Below are positions 37,001 to 52,000 of a DNA stretch of 64,000 bases, one piece after another. Source of the DNA: Phoronis australis. Its lineage: Eukaryota; Animalia; Phoronida. A program made the position numbers and the translations under genes. The stretch spans positions 606,290-670,289 of the forward strand of contig NMRA01000072.1 in assembly GCA_002633005.1 (NCBI GenBank), written 5' to 3'. Within the stretch, counting starts at the first letter, position 1; every line of letters begins with the position of its first letter. A model generated the notes under the pieces. It saw only the letters and a list, made by a program, of their open reading frames with translations. It was not told the origin of the DNA and made no database searches.

Positions 37001-40000
37001 TCACTTAAGTTATGAGGCTGGTCTAAAATTAGTGCGAGGTGGTCATACTCTTGTGTTACTGACCGAGACTGTGTGATATGGATGTGGTTCATTGTCTTCT
37101 TGTGAACCCAATAGAATGAAGTGTTGGAGTGTGTTAAATTTTTGCAATCTACTGGATTTTAAACCTAATTCAACTAATATTAATATTTTATTGTGAACTG
37201 CCTTTGAGATACATGAATTTACACCACACACTTGTTTATTATTATTATTATTATTGTTATTATTATTATTATTAATTATTATTATGAGTGATAGTATGTT
37301 TTGTGCACTCCACAGGTGACACTGTACTGCATGATGACTGGGGACCGTCGGCCCGACCCAGGGGAGGGACTGTTGTGTTACTTGAAAGATGGCAGTATGA
37401 CAACAGTGGTGGCAGACCATGTCAAAAGGAGAGGTAGGATTCACAAGGCAAAGTAGTGCTCATAATGTAGATTCACATTGTATGTTCATAAACTGCTAAC
37501 AGGCCTCCTTTCAAGCAATTCTCATTAAACGCCAGACTATTTTCAGGACTCTTAAGTTTCATCAATAACTTCTCGTATTGCCACGCAACATATTTTGTTC
37601 CTGCTGTCTAATTAGAACAGGAGACGTTCAACATACGTTTAATGAGACTAGTATGTTCATGTTGTATCTTCACATTATATGTTCATATTGTATGTTCATA
37701 TTCAATATTTTTGTATCTTCACATTGTATGTTCGTATTGTATGATATTCTGTCTTGTTACTTCTAAAGCTGTTACTTTGAAGCTAAAGTGGAAATTTCCA
37801 AAAATTGACGTCCTTGGCTTAGAAGTGTTTAAAATTTTGTTGCAAAATCTTTCTTGCAAATTTGTTTAAAATTTGCTGCCATTTTTCTCCATCACTTAAA
37901 GTGGCCCATTGTTGATTGTATCAATAAAAAAATATTAGAATGTCTACGAAATTTCAACTCGTCTGGTTTAAAAGAAAAATTTTGTGCCATCAAGTTGTTT
38001 TTACAATTTTGATACTTATATGTCGGGGAAAACTACATTATAGTAAGCTCCAAAATTGCGAGTTATATTGTTTCACACCTAACAATTCACTTGCCTAGAT
38101 AAATGCTAAACATGTTTATTTTATCACTGTTGGTGAATAATTGGCTGTATTATTTTCAAAAACCCTGATTACTAGTTGATTTTAGGGTATAATCATGTGG
38201 TTACCAATACCTATTCATAGTTTTAGTCACCAAAAAAGTATACAAAAGTTACATCTTGAAACTGAGTCTTTTTAGAATGCGTTAAAGCTGAAAAATAATA
38301 TGCACATTTAGGACTTCTTCAGTTGAGAAATGAACTTGGTCACTACCTCAGTCAAACCATCCAATGTGTGAATGACGAGACTGGACCACACTATGTGTCA
38401 GCCCACCTGCCTAGACCAATAGACAATGAAAGATTCTGTGGCAAGTGTCCTCACCTCATCAACTGTGCTCTATATCAGAGGTGGGTATCTTGTGTAGCAA
38501 TGCTTGTGTGGCCTTGTTTTGATTTTTGCCAAACCACATTCCTGGCACAGTGCCCATGGATGCTTTTAAAAGAAAAAAAAAACATTGCTTTCATTTCAAT
38601 GTTAAGTATAGATTTGTTATTAAAATTAGCCAATTTCCATGTACTGTTAAGCTGGTTGTCTGGGACGTCAAGTCAGTTGAGGAGTATCAACCTCCTCCAG
38701 GACGTATCGGAAGAAATGAGGGCCTATCCCACGTGAATCATGTCACATGACAATCACATGATTATTTGTTGGTCAGGTTTCATCCACCATCATTGATATT
38801 TAATTTGGTAGAATAAACAAGCCAGTTCATGTGCATTTCCTGAGTAAGTGGATGGGATAGTAAGGCTTGTTAAAACCAAATTAATTGTTTTAATTAATTG
38901 TTTTACAAAGATATCGACTGGATTCATTTGTTAAATGGTTGCAATTATGCCATTTCCAACATATTTAGGATTGTAACAAATGCGTCACTCTTTCTAAGAT
39001 CCACCCTAATTTTGAAGTGCATCTGCAAGGTCAGCCGCATTTTCAATGTCCATCCCAGGGTCAGTATTTATTCTGTTCACAGGCATCCCAATGCTTCATA
39101 TTTTCTCACCTTTTCCTAATTTTTAAGGTGTTACTACTTTTTCCTACTTTTTTCTCAAGTTCGTATTTTTTGTACTTTTTCAAGATTTATCGATAACTAA
39201 ATATCTTAAATATAACGAAGAAACATCAAGTTATCAGAACCAAAAGAAAATGCAATTGTCATGCTAACTGCATTAGTAGATTTTTCAGATTTACTGTTGG
39301 ATTGCACAATGGAACCATTTTGACATCAGAAACTGTGGTGTTCTAAGAAAAGCTACTTGAGAGAAGGTTGTCAAAGATGGTCATGTGTTAATCCTTCAGT
39401 TGCTGAACTGAGGGTTGCAGATGGAGATTGGCTAGAATCGTTTGGATATATTTTGGTTTATAAAAGGGTATTCTCCATTTTATGAAATGTCATCAGTCGA
39501 ATTTTCATTCAGTCAGTTCTTTTTGTGTTTTTCTATTGCAATTTCTTTCCAGATTGTAATCATGGGCATAATCCAATAAAAGTTGGTGCGCATTACAATT
39601 TCACTAGTTTAACTGTCTTGTAAATATGCTATAGTCGCTCTAACTGTTCTTACTTTTTCTTAAATTTTCCTGTTTTTTTCTTTTAATAAAATTTCCCTTC
39701 TTTTTTTGTGAAGTACCATTGATTCCTAGTTTTCCTATTTTTTGTCAAAAGCCGGTGAAAGGTCTATGTTCATTTGGCCTCGATACAAAAAGACAAGTTT
39801 TTACAGTAGAGCCTTAATACATTACAATTGCAAATTATTACTATCACCAACCTCCCTGGCATCAGTTGACTAGTGAAGCCGAGATCTGGTTCCATAAAGT
39901 ACACTTTACCTTGTTCTCCTCTATGCCAGTGTGCACATGCTGCATTCGCTCAACTCAAAACAGTAGAATCGCTTATATCAATTTGAGGCCCTGTCCCACC

Positions 40001-43000
40001 CTGTCACATGATGATCATATGATTATTTCTAGGTCAGTGGAGGAGTATCAGCCTCCTCCAGGACATATCATGGAGACCCTTGTGCCCGAAGCCCTGTCCC
40101 ACCTAACACCGTCCCACCTGGAATACTTCAAACACTGGTGTCTTCTCCTACATCTCGAAATGGAAACCTCAAGAAAGTCTATGAAGGACATCTGGTGTTC
40201 GACTCCTGAAGAAAGGTAAGTTTATGTTGAAACATTGTTACGTTGATTTCTTTGAGATTTATTCAAATTTTGTTTCTGAATTTGACTGAGCTTTCATTTT
40301 GGCTTTTGTCTGTCTTGACATGTCAGTGCTTCATGCATCTTTATGGACCAATATGATCAATGAAACACGAGTCTAATTGAGATCCAGCAGCATTGTGTGT
40401 ACCCAGTAGGCAGTGTTAGGATTTGTTGACATATGCATCTATGTGCTTATACGACTGAACGTCATTTTCTGATTTATTGCCAGTTTATGTATAGATTGGC
40501 TTGTTCATTGTCTTAGTTTGAATGCTTGTAAGCCTAACGTTCATGTGGCAAAAATTCATAACTTCTACCATTACCTCTTGCCCATAATCACTTTTTTAGT
40601 CACCAGTGATCTGGTTGGTCTAATATATTGTAAACCGATGAGCCTCAACTTTCAGAGAAAAGCTAGGAGACTGTTTCAGTAATCTGGTTTTGAAGCCAAG
40701 ATGCCCTGAGGAGAACACACACACTGGTCAGCTTCATGTGTTTAGACGAAGAGAGTGCAGTCACTGTGGGTGAGAATCACTCCTTTTTTTTCTTAAACTG
40801 TCATTAACCATTAGTTGTGTTCAGCAACAAGGTAAAAATCAGTTTTAATTTAGCTTGGGAAATAATCTTTGGCCTTCACGCAGTCTGTTAGTAATGAAAA
40901 TTATGAAAAATTAGATTGTTGACTGACTGCATTAGAACGTCCTTTTAAACGATCTCTATAATTGGAGGTTTTTAAAAGTGGCAGTGCAGAGATGACTTGT
41001 ATGAAGAAATCTCCATATCAGTTTGCTTCAGTGCAGTAAAGACTAAATTAATCAAAGTTCAGTTTATTCTGCTTTTTCAAAGAGGAACTTTTGTTCATCA
41101 GCCACTAAACAACTCAACTGTACTGGTTTCTAAATACGTTTGACGTTCACTGCTAATAGTCCATTTGTTCATTCGTTCATTCATTCATTCGTGCATTTCA
41201 TTATTTCAGGCCTTTAACAGAGGTTGGGTTGACTGTGTCCGACTCAGTCATTCTCAGCACTACCAACACAAACTGTATAGCGCTAGCCTCAGGAACTGTT
41301 GTGGACGTCAGTCAGTCAGAAGTCACTTTGAGTTTGGACAGGTAACAGCAGACTCTTTTATGGCAGATTTTGGATTTTGGGTTGTGAACACGAAATGTTT
41401 TTAACGATAATGGCAAGATATCTTATTAATTACATTATGGTTATGTGCCGCATATTCGTAATATATGGGTGTATATTGCCATCATCTCTGTCTGGGCGTC
41501 CGGCATCTGCTGCAGCTGTATCTCGTAAACCCCTTCCGGGATTTTAAGGAGATTTGGCAGATTTTTTGTATGAAGCTGACGACTGTTAATGACGAATTCA
41601 GACTGATCTGACTAACACAGTGACCCGTGGCAATTTTATTTTTTTTATGTTTGCCTCTGTATCTTTGAAGTTCCTTGATGAGTTTTCATAAAATTTGGTG
41701 AAAAGGTTTACTTAAGGAGGCGACAACTCCTTCACATTTGCAGCTGGATTGGATGATTCTGCGCCACCTAGCAGGCATTTTTATGGGCCCACATATTTAT
41801 ATGCGGGTACATATTGCCGTCATCTCTGTCTTGGCGTCCAGCATACGCTGCTGTATTTCCTAAACCCCTTGCAGGATCTTATTGAAATTTGGCAAGTGTG
41901 TTCATGACAGATGACAAAAAGTTTCAGACTAATCCAAATACTGCTGTGCCCCCTAGTGGCAATTTTAGTTGCTTACGTTGGCCTCCGTATCTTTGGTGTT
42001 CTGTGATGAATTTTCATGAAATTCAGCTAATAGGTTTTTAGTAAGGAGGCGATGATGCCATTCCATTTTCAGATGGATGTGGCGGATTTTATGACAGCTT
42101 GTGGCCATTTTTATTATTTTTGCGCCCGTTTTCTGACGCCCGCTTCACTATTTGCCACACCTCTCAAAGGATTGTGAAATTTTAAAGATGTGTTCCTGAT
42201 CAGAAGGCCACGACTGATGTTGATTTTTGGATGGGACGGAATACTGTGTCTCCCCTTTTCGACGATTTTGGTTTTTTTTGTACGTCTTCGGCCAAATCTT
42301 TTTAACCTTTTGAAGGAGCTTTTATGAAATTTGAAAGATGTATTCCTATTCAGCTGACGACTAACGGTAGCGAGTGTCTAACTGATCCAAATACCTCTGT
42401 GCCCCCCTAGTGTTAAAACGTTTTTTTTACTTTTCCCTCTGTATATTCGGAGTTCATTAATGTATTTTCATTAAATTCGGCAAATAGGTTTCTATTAAGA
42501 AGTCGACAACGCCTTCCTATTTTTGGACAAATATATTTTCTGCGCCATCTAGTGGCCTTTTTTGTTGTTTTTGCGACCGTTTTTTGGTGTCTGCCTCCCT
42601 ATCTGCCATACCGCTTAAAGGATCGTTATGAAAATTTACAGGTGTCTTCCTGATGAGAAGGTCACGGCTGACGTTGATTTTCGGACATCTTCGACTACTG
42701 TGTCATCCCTTTGTGGTGATTTTTATGCGCCCACATATTTATATGTGGACGCATTATGCCGTCATCTCCGTCCGTCCGTCCGTACGGGCGGCGTCCATCC
42801 GGCGTCTGGCGTCCGGCGTCTGCTGCTCTATCTCCAAAACCCTTTGACATATGTTCATGAAATGTGGCACATATGTTCCATTCATGAATGGGACGGCATG
42901 TGCGAACTTTCGGACGGATCCGACTACCGGTGTGCCCCCTAGTGGCAATTTTAGATTTTCATGAAATTTGGTATGTAGGCACCTATTAGTGAGATGACGC

Positions 43001-46000
43001 TATCCTCCCGTTTTCAGATGGATTCGACATAGTTTGCGCCACCTAGTGGCCATTTTTACTGTTTTCGAGTCTGTATTTTTGCGTCCACCCCTCTATCAAC
43101 CAAACCGCTCAAAGGATGGTTGTGAAAATTGGCATGTATGTGCTTACTATAAAGAAGACAGCTGACAATGATTTTCAGACGATTTGGATTACTGTGGCGC
43201 CTCCTAGTGGCAGTTTTGTTATTTTGCGCCTATGGCTTTATCTCCTAAACCGTTCGCAGGATCTTTACGAAATTTAATAAGTGTAATTTTATGATGTTAA
43301 CAACAGACGATGACGACTTTTGGACGGATCCGCCTACCAGTGTGCCCCCTAGTGGCAATTTTATTTTTTTACGTTTACCTCTGTATCTTCACAAGTCCTA
43401 AACGAATTTTCATGAAATTTGGTATGCAGGCACCTATTAGTGTGATGACGCTATTCTCCCGTTTTCGGATGGATTCGACCTAGTTTGTGACACCCAGTAG
43501 CCATTTTTACTGTTTTGGTGTCTGTTTTTTGGCGTCCACCCCTCTATCAACCAAACTGCTCTAAGTATGATTGTGAAAATTGGCATGTATGTTCTTACTA
43601 TGAAGAGGATGGTTGACGCTGAATTTCCCATGACTTTGATTACTGTGGAGCCTCCTAGTGGCAGTTTTTTTTTGCGCCCATGGCTGTATCTCCCAAACCG
43701 TTTGCAGGATCTTTACTAAATTTGGCAAGTGTATTTATGTGATGTTGACAACGGACGATGACGACTTTAGGATGATTCTGACTACCGGTATGCCTCTAGT
43801 GGCAATTTAAGTATTTCACATTGACCTCTGTATTTTCATAGGTCTTCAGGTGTATACTTTGTGTTACTTCGTGACTATGAAGGAAAAGTTCCAAGTAGAA
43901 ATTTGTTTCTGGCATTCTAATGCTGTGCTAATCTCGTATGTTGGTAAATTTGTTTTTAATTCTATGTTTCTGTGGTGCTTTAAGCAACTGATGCATAGGA
44001 TGTGCTTGTATTATGAAGATCACTCACATTTTGAAACCTAGCCTATTGAGGAGACAATGACCATGCCTTTCCATTTTGCAAAGTACAACATACTACATAT
44101 ATGCCCTCTACTGGCCACTTTATGGTACCAATAAACAACCCTAGAAGGATACCGTTTATGGTGCAATTTTGGGCGCATTTCAACGCTCTGCGTTGCTCTT
44201 GTGTTTTTTTGCATCTGCGGTCAAATCTCCTTAACCCTGTGGAGGAGCTTTGTGAAATTTGAAAGATGTGTTCCTATGGAGCCGACGATATACAGTAACA
44301 AGTGTCGAAGTGATCCAAATACCACTGACTGTGGCCTCTAGTGGAAAAATGTTAGTTTACGTTTGCCTCTGTATCTTCAGAGTTCATTAATTGTATTCAG
44401 GAAATTCTGCAGATAATAGACTTTTATGAAGGAGATGACAATGTCTCCTCATTTTTGATCAGGTTTGATGGTTTCTGGGCCATGTTGTGGCCATTTAAGA
44501 GTTTTTGCGTAACAGTGGCAATTTGTTTTGTTTTTTCACAATTGCCTCTGTATCTTCAGAGTTCCTTGACAGATTTTCATGAAATTCGACAAATTGTTTT
44601 GTATTAGAGAGGTGACAACACCTTCCAATTATCGGATGGGTTCAACATGACCTGCCCCATCTAATAGGCATTTTTATGATACTAATGAACACGTCGTCGT
44701 CGTCATTATAATTAACATCGTCACCAGCACCATACATGCCATTTTGTTTTGAAGATGTATCTTTGACTTAGTGATCCAGCTTCGAATGGGTAACTCTCAT
44801 TACTACATGTGTGTGTTGCTATTTTTGTATTCAGTAAATATCTGTTGCAAGCAAAGAAATAAAAAAGAAAAAATATATTACTATGTTGTAGAGACATCTA
44901 TCTGAACCCAGCTTGGGAGACAACTGTGTTTCGTGTGGACCGTGCTGAGTTCTTATCTACCATGCTGGGCAACTTCACCCAGCTGTCAAGACTGATGGAG
45001 AACAACGACCAGAGGTAGACAGTTGATGAGCATTGATATTGAAATGATGCATCATCTTTTAACAAAAACTGAATTGGACTAGAGCTGAGCTCAGTAGATG
45101 TGTGAATTTAGCGAGTAATTCTAGTGTGGTCTCGTGCTATGCTTGTAATGCATAGTTGATATCTCATGAAGACTTCCTTGATCTTGCATTTTCCTGAATG
45201 TATTGGGTCTACGGAACAGGCACTTAATTTCCCATTACTGTCCCAACACAATCCCCCATTTGTTGTATGGTTGGTTTATATAATAGACGCTTGTAACATC
45301 AGTTACATACAACGTAATGATCAGAATTTGATGGCCAGGTTAGCATAGCCTGGCCTAACAAAAGACTGGCTGTGAATAGACGGTCACAAATTTACCACTA
45401 TTTTACAGTTTACTGCTCCCAGGTGGCAGCAGTGGTGTGTCAGTGTATGAAGGATGACTTGCCTACATTTTTTTGAGACTTTTCTCTTTACCTTTGTGTG
45501 GTAAAGGTTGATGTTACATAATACCAATACTAAAAAGCATCAATAACCGTAGATCTTGGGGTTTTGCATACTGGATGTCTTTCACCATGATCCAAATGTG
45601 ATGACATTTTGGTTGGTATACTTGTTTAATGTTTATTTTGTAATGTTATGTTGTGACTTGCAGTGACCATTATCTTGTAGTGCATAGTTATAATCATTTT
45701 TTAAATTAAATTTTTCTTTATTTTAGCACACGTCTACGCAAGTTGATTATCGACCGGTCGCTGCCAGCATTTGCACCCACCATGTCCAAAAGTACCTTAT
45801 CCAAAGGTATATCAGATTTGTGCTTTGTTTTAACCCAGGGCAGATGTTCTAGATTATTTCCTTTTGGGCTTCAGTGATAGTTTGTTTTTTCATGCTTTTG
45901 AAGTTCTTCTCCCATTGTGCAGGATGAAAAGTAATGTAGATCTCAAAGCATGACATGTTTATTATCAATCAACGTTCTCTGATGATAATCCAGGTATTTT

Positions 46001-49000
46001 AGGCTCACATTTCTCTCTCTTTCTTGTAGTTAAAGATCTCTTCAAACCTTTGAACAAACCTCAAAAGACTGCCATTCTTAGGGTAAGTGAGCCGGCATTC
46101 ATGTTCTGTGTCTATGTGAATGTTGCAGATGTCAAATAGATCGCTACTGTTGTACAGGCAGTGTTAAAAAAGAAGTCATCACCGTATTGTTGTTTCGTGT
46201 GCACACACACACGCACGCACGCACGCACACACACACACACATACACACACTCACACACACACACACACAAACTAATAACACCTCCCTAACATAATATGAG
46301 ATAATTATTATGTGAGATATCATGGACAGGTTTAGGGGACCCGGGCCTACGGACAGGAAAATAACTCTGTCAGCATGACTCAATGTCTATTAAGTTTTTA
46401 GATTGATGTATATGAAATTTGTATGTACTTTTATTGAGGAGATTACAACTGACGTTGATTAGGGGCAAATCCGGCTACTGCAGAGTCCTCAAGTGGCAAT
46501 TTTGTTTTTCTTTGCGTTTGCCTTGAAGTTCCTTGATAGATGTTCATGAAATTGGCTTGTAAGTTACTATCATGTAGACGATAACAAGCCATAATTCAGT
46601 TGGATGTGACCTACATTGTGCCCCTTAGTGGTCTTTTTGAATTGTTTTCGCGGCTGTTCTGTCACCCATCTCCCTATCAAAATTGGTTTACGAATCGTGA
46701 TGAAAGATAGCAGGTGCGTTCTAATTGAGGAGAGCGTTGTTAACGTTCAGTCTACAAAGCAGGAACTGTGATGACAATCTGTAGAAGTTTAATACAAGAA
46801 TGATTTAATTGTAATATCAACAGATATACTATAGATATATAGATAAATACAATGATAACTTTTGTACAATGTGAAACACATTTACTTGACGAGGAGACAT
46901 GTCACTTGTGAAGAAACAGTAAATAACTGACAGAAGTCTCTATTGCTGCTGCACACAAAGCGGGATCATATTATTTTAACCAGTGTTTGAGTTCCAGCTA
47001 ATTATACTGATTGCAATCCGTAGATTACAATTGAAATGCATCTTCTTGTACTGTTGAAATGTCAAGAATTTTTTGTTGCTAAGGGCCAGCACTAATGCAG
47101 CTCTCTCTCGTTAGCATTTAAAGGAGAGGATAACCCTCGTACTTCTGAGGAGGATTGTAAATTCAGAAGGCCCAGGAGTCTCCAAAGTGAAGAGAAATAA
47201 TTTTGTTCAGTCAGTGAGCCTTTTCAGTTTGAGCTCAGATTCTCTGCCTGTGTTTTCTGGTTGTTTAAAGCTCCAAGCACCGTGAAGCATCTTTGAGAAC
47301 AATTATTTTGGTTATTTTTGGGATTGGAAACCTTGGTTTTCTGTTTTTTTAGTACGGCTAGTAAGTGTTCCTAATTACCCATGGACTAAATGGAATTCAT
47401 TTAATGCTTTAACAGAAAAGTTCACTGCGCGAGCCGCTAATTTGATTTACTCCACGAGTTTGTAGTTTGGGATTTCGTCTTGTCTTAATTATCCCAGGAT
47501 ATTAAAACTGAGATCGCATATGCACATTCGTCACAAATAATGTTTCTACTAGATTGGGACACGTCATGACCAGTCTTGATTCATTTTGATTTTGCAATTG
47601 TTAGAAGAAATGATATTCTTTAAGTGCACACATTAGGCGAGTTAACTGGTGTTCCACAATTCTATGTATCCAGTGAACCTCATAAGTGTGCTAAACCCCC
47701 TCAAACATAGATTGTTGTACCTCCAAAGGGCACGCTGTCTTGCTTTGTGATTATTTAGCAAATACTACCAGTCATACATGATTAGACTGTTGCTTATGTT
47801 GACTGATGAAAAAATCTGTCCGTTTTCTCTAACTTGCATCTTACTTTCTTTATCAGGCACTGTTGGCTAAAGACTACGTCTTGATAAAGGGATTCCCTGG
47901 GTCAGGGAAAACCTCGACTATAGTAGCTCTGATCCAGGTGTTGATAGCCATTGGTCAGTCAGTCCTACTGACCAGTTATACTCATTCGGCTGTGGACAAT
48001 ATACTGTTAAAGCTAGTCAAGGTAAGTTAATCTATATTCAATTCAGGTGTGTATTTTGTAATGCAAGACATGAAACTCTGTTGGTGACAAATCTCTGCTT
48101 ATGGAAAGGAAACCCGCAGCATGCAGTGTTATTCCCCAACACCACGTCACGATACTGGACACGGTTGAGTGATTTACGGCGGATCATTTTTGACACAAAA
48201 CTCGTTCTTAAAAACATTAAGCAAATTTCAGCATACTTCATATTCACATTGTCGTTATACATTGTGTTTCTTACTAATTTGACCAAGCAATCACAAAGAT
48301 AAAGAAACAGGGTGCAAGTTCCTCACTAATTTGACAATTCTCCATTTATTCGGGGCATAGTGTGGCAGACATTTGGAATTTTATTTTGCTAATTTTCAGA
48401 TAAAAGATTTTTTGTACTAGCTCAATTTGGAATGAATGTGTAGTTGTCATGGGGAAGACAATGAAAAAAAATCAAAATTTTGTCTGTCAGTTTTTTGGTG
48501 CAAAATGTTGCCGTACTCTGCGCCAGTTGTGTAAAAAGCGTGCTCGTCTACCAGATTTTCTCGAGTGAAAATTGTGAATCAAATCGTGATAGAATTAGTT
48601 GCAGTTCAATAGACAATTTGTAGATACTTTTTTCATCAAAATTTTTCTATTTTCCTGAACACTGCTCTGTCAACTTCTTTGAAAACAACTGATTAGTATT
48701 CATGTTTGTAAATGGTAAAGGGAAATATCTGTTACCTTTGCAATTACAAGAAAAATTTTGTTAGGTGTTAGTGATATAAATCAGTGTTTAACTTATTATC
48801 TATTTGCAAGCACACGACTAATTTCCTCCGGCTTGGTCGTCTGTCCAGAATCCATCCAGAAATTCTGCCATTTGCTGCTGAAAACTGCACCAGTAATATC
48901 AAAACTGCTGCTGATTTGAGGGACTTTTACTCATCCAAGGTTTGTAGAAATGACTTAATCATTGTATGCTTGAAATTGAACGTGTTTGCTCTTTCTTGCT

Positions 49001-52000
49001 GTTTGCAATTTTTAGTGACAGAATCATTTAAGCTTTGAATTAGATCATTTACTACTAACTACAAAATGGGGCTTAAAGTTGAATGTTACCATTTGGAGGT
49101 ATTTATCATGTTATTATTAAATCTTAAAGGTTGATTTTCAAGAAAAGAAACGTTAGAAGTAAAAAATATTTATACTTTTCTTCAAACAGGAGGTATTGGT
49201 ATTAGCAAGCGCACAATGCAAACAGTGAGTCTCTGACTGGCTGAACATGTCTTGATTCTTTGTCTGTTTCTGGAGCCATGATTGCTCAGACAAGACAGTT
49301 GGCAANCGAGTTTGTAGTTTGGGATTTCGTCTTGTCTTAATTATCCCAGGATATTAAAACTGAGATCGCATATGCACATTCGTCACAAATAATGTTTCTA
49401 CTAGATTGGGACACGTCATGACCAGTCTTGATTCATTTTGATTTTGCAATTGTTAGAAGAAATGATATTCTTTAAGTGCACACATTAGGCGAGTTAACTG
49501 GTGTTCCACAATTCTATGTATCCAGTGAACCTCATAAGTGTGTTAAACCCCCTCAAACATAGATTGTTGTACCTCCAAAGGGCACGCTGTCTTGCTTTGT
49601 GATTATTTAGCAAATACTACCAGTCATACATGATTAGACTGTTGCTTATGTTGACTGATGAAAAAATCTGTCCGTTTTCTCTAACTTGCATCTTACTTTC
49701 TTTATCAGGCACTGTTGGCTAAAGACTACGTCTTGATAAAGGGATTCCCTGGGTCAGGGAAAACCTCGACTATAGTAGCTCTGATCCAGGTGTTGATAGC
49801 CATTGGTCAGTCAGTCCTACTGACCAGTTATACTCATTCGGCTGTGGACAATATACTGTTAAAGCTAGTCAAGGTAAGTTAATCTATATTCAATTCAGGT
49901 GTGTATTTTGTAATGCAAGACATGAAACTCTGTTGGTGACAAATCTCTGCTTATGGAAAGGAAACCCGCAGCATGCAGTGTTATTCCCCAACACCACGTC
50001 ACGATACTGGACACGGTTGAGTGATTTACGGCGGATCATTTTTGACACAAAACTCGTTCTTAAAAACATTAAGCAAATTTCAGCATACTTCATATTCACA
50101 TTGTCGTTATACATTGTGTTTCTTACTAATTTGACCAAGCAATCACAAAGATAAAGAAACAGGGTGCAAGTTCCTCAGTAATTTGACAATTCTTCATTTA
50201 TTCGGGGCATAGTGTGGCAGACATTTGGAATTTTATTTTGTTAATTTTCAGATAAAAGATTTTTTGTTTATTTATTTACTAGCTCAATTTGGAATGAATG
50301 TGTAGTTGTCATGGGGAAGACAATGAAAAAAAATCAAAATTTTGTCTGTCAGTTTTTTGGTGCAAAATGTTGCCGTACTTTGCGCCAGTTGTGTAAAAAA
50401 CGTGCTCGTCTACCAGATTTTCTCGAGTGAAAATTGTGAATCAAATTGCGATAGAATTAGTTGCAGTTCAATAGACAATTTGTAGATACTTTTTTCATCA
50501 AAATTTTTCTATTTTCCTGAACACTGCTCTGTCAACTTTTTTGAAAACAACTGATTAGTGTTCATATTTGTAAATGGTTAAGTGAAATAACTGTTACCTT
50601 TGCAATTACAAGAAAAATTTTGTTAGGTGTTAGTGATATAAATCAGTGTTATTATCTATTTACAAGCACACGACTAATTTCCTCCGGCTTGGTCGTCTGT
50701 CCAGAATCCATCCAGAAATTCTGCCATTTGCTGCTGAAAACTGCACCAGTAATATCAAAACTGCTGCTGATTTGAGGGACTTTTACTCATCTAAGGTTTG
50801 TAGAAATGACTTAATCATTGTATGCTTGAAATTGAACGTGTTTGCACTTTCTTGCTGTTTGCAATTTTTAGTGACAGAATCATTTAAGCTTTGAATTAGA
50901 TCATTTACTACTACAAAATTGGGCTTAAAGTTGAATGTTACCATTTGGAGGTATTTATCATGTTATTACTAACTCTTAAAGGTTGATTTTCAAGAAAAGA
51001 AATGTTAGAAGTAAAAAATATTTATACTTTTCTTCAAACAGGAGGTATTGGTATTAGCAAGCGCACAATGCAAACAGTGAGTCTCTGACTGGCTGAACAT
51101 GTCTTGATTCTTTGTCTGTTTCTGAAGCCATGATTGCTCAGACAAGACAGTTGGCAAGTTGTTAGTATACCGGGGCTGGCACGTATGATGGACAAGCCTC
51201 TCAATCATTGAGCACATTTATGGGAACCAAAGAGAGTGCAGCTTATTTGAAGCAGCTAACATTTTTGGAAATTACTCACTGGATCCGTGTCATAGTTTCG
51301 CTTATTGTGATGTTAAGTTTTGAATTTTTATTTTGTAGAAATCTACCAGAAAGTATCAAATGCCTTGTTGTAGTCAGTAAACCATCCCCAATAAACCTTT
51401 CGCAAAATAGGAAGCAAGGTGGATTTTGTCCTACTTCCCTTGGTGTCTTTGTGCTGTTACCTAACCTCATACTGCCTAGCAGGAATTTACCTGAGATTTG
51501 TAAGACCCCATGCTGGTTTTCCATGTGCAAGGTTATAGACCTTAGGCAAGGTTATGCAACAAGATGCCAAGTTTGTTCCACTTTTCAGCTAAGTTTGGAA
51601 ATCCGCAAGTGGTCTCTTGGCTTAGAACGCCTTCAAAAAAAGTTTCTTAGCATTCAGATTAGAGGTGATTTATAAAGTTGGAAGAAGTAAAAAATCCTTG
51701 TTTCTGAACGGTACGCTCATTAAGTGGGAATTGGCAGTGCCATGAATTTATGAGCAAAATCAGTGTTTTCTGTCCGTTGCCAGCTATTGATGTGGTTTCT
51801 CTGCATTACAGGCAGTGGTAGCCACAACGTGTCTTGGCACTAACCATCCCGTGTTTAGTCAGCGAACCTTTGACGTTTGCATTCTGGATGAGGCCACTCA
51901 AGTCATGCAGCCCACCTGTTTCGGGCCTCTCTTTCGCGCTCGTAAACACATTCTGGTTGGCGACCCTCAACAGCTGCCCCCTGTTGTGCAAAGTCACGCT

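Noticed and set aside
37043-37444. Poly-Asn protein ORF on the minus strand
   Set aside because: Translation of the (TTA)n microsatellite plus the antisense of a DNA2 exon.
47455-51157. Genuine DNA2 helicase-domain exon duplication or a DNA2 paralogue
   Set aside because: All three large duplications begin exactly at a single-N contig join and differ only at allelic levels, so an assembly artefact is the simpler explanation.
51208-51675. 155-aa ORF and other 60-130 aa ORFs in introns (e.g. 1061-1378, 1790-2077, 14975-15355)
   Set aside because: No recognisable domains, non-ATG or weak starts, and composition typical of random AT-rich intron ORFs.
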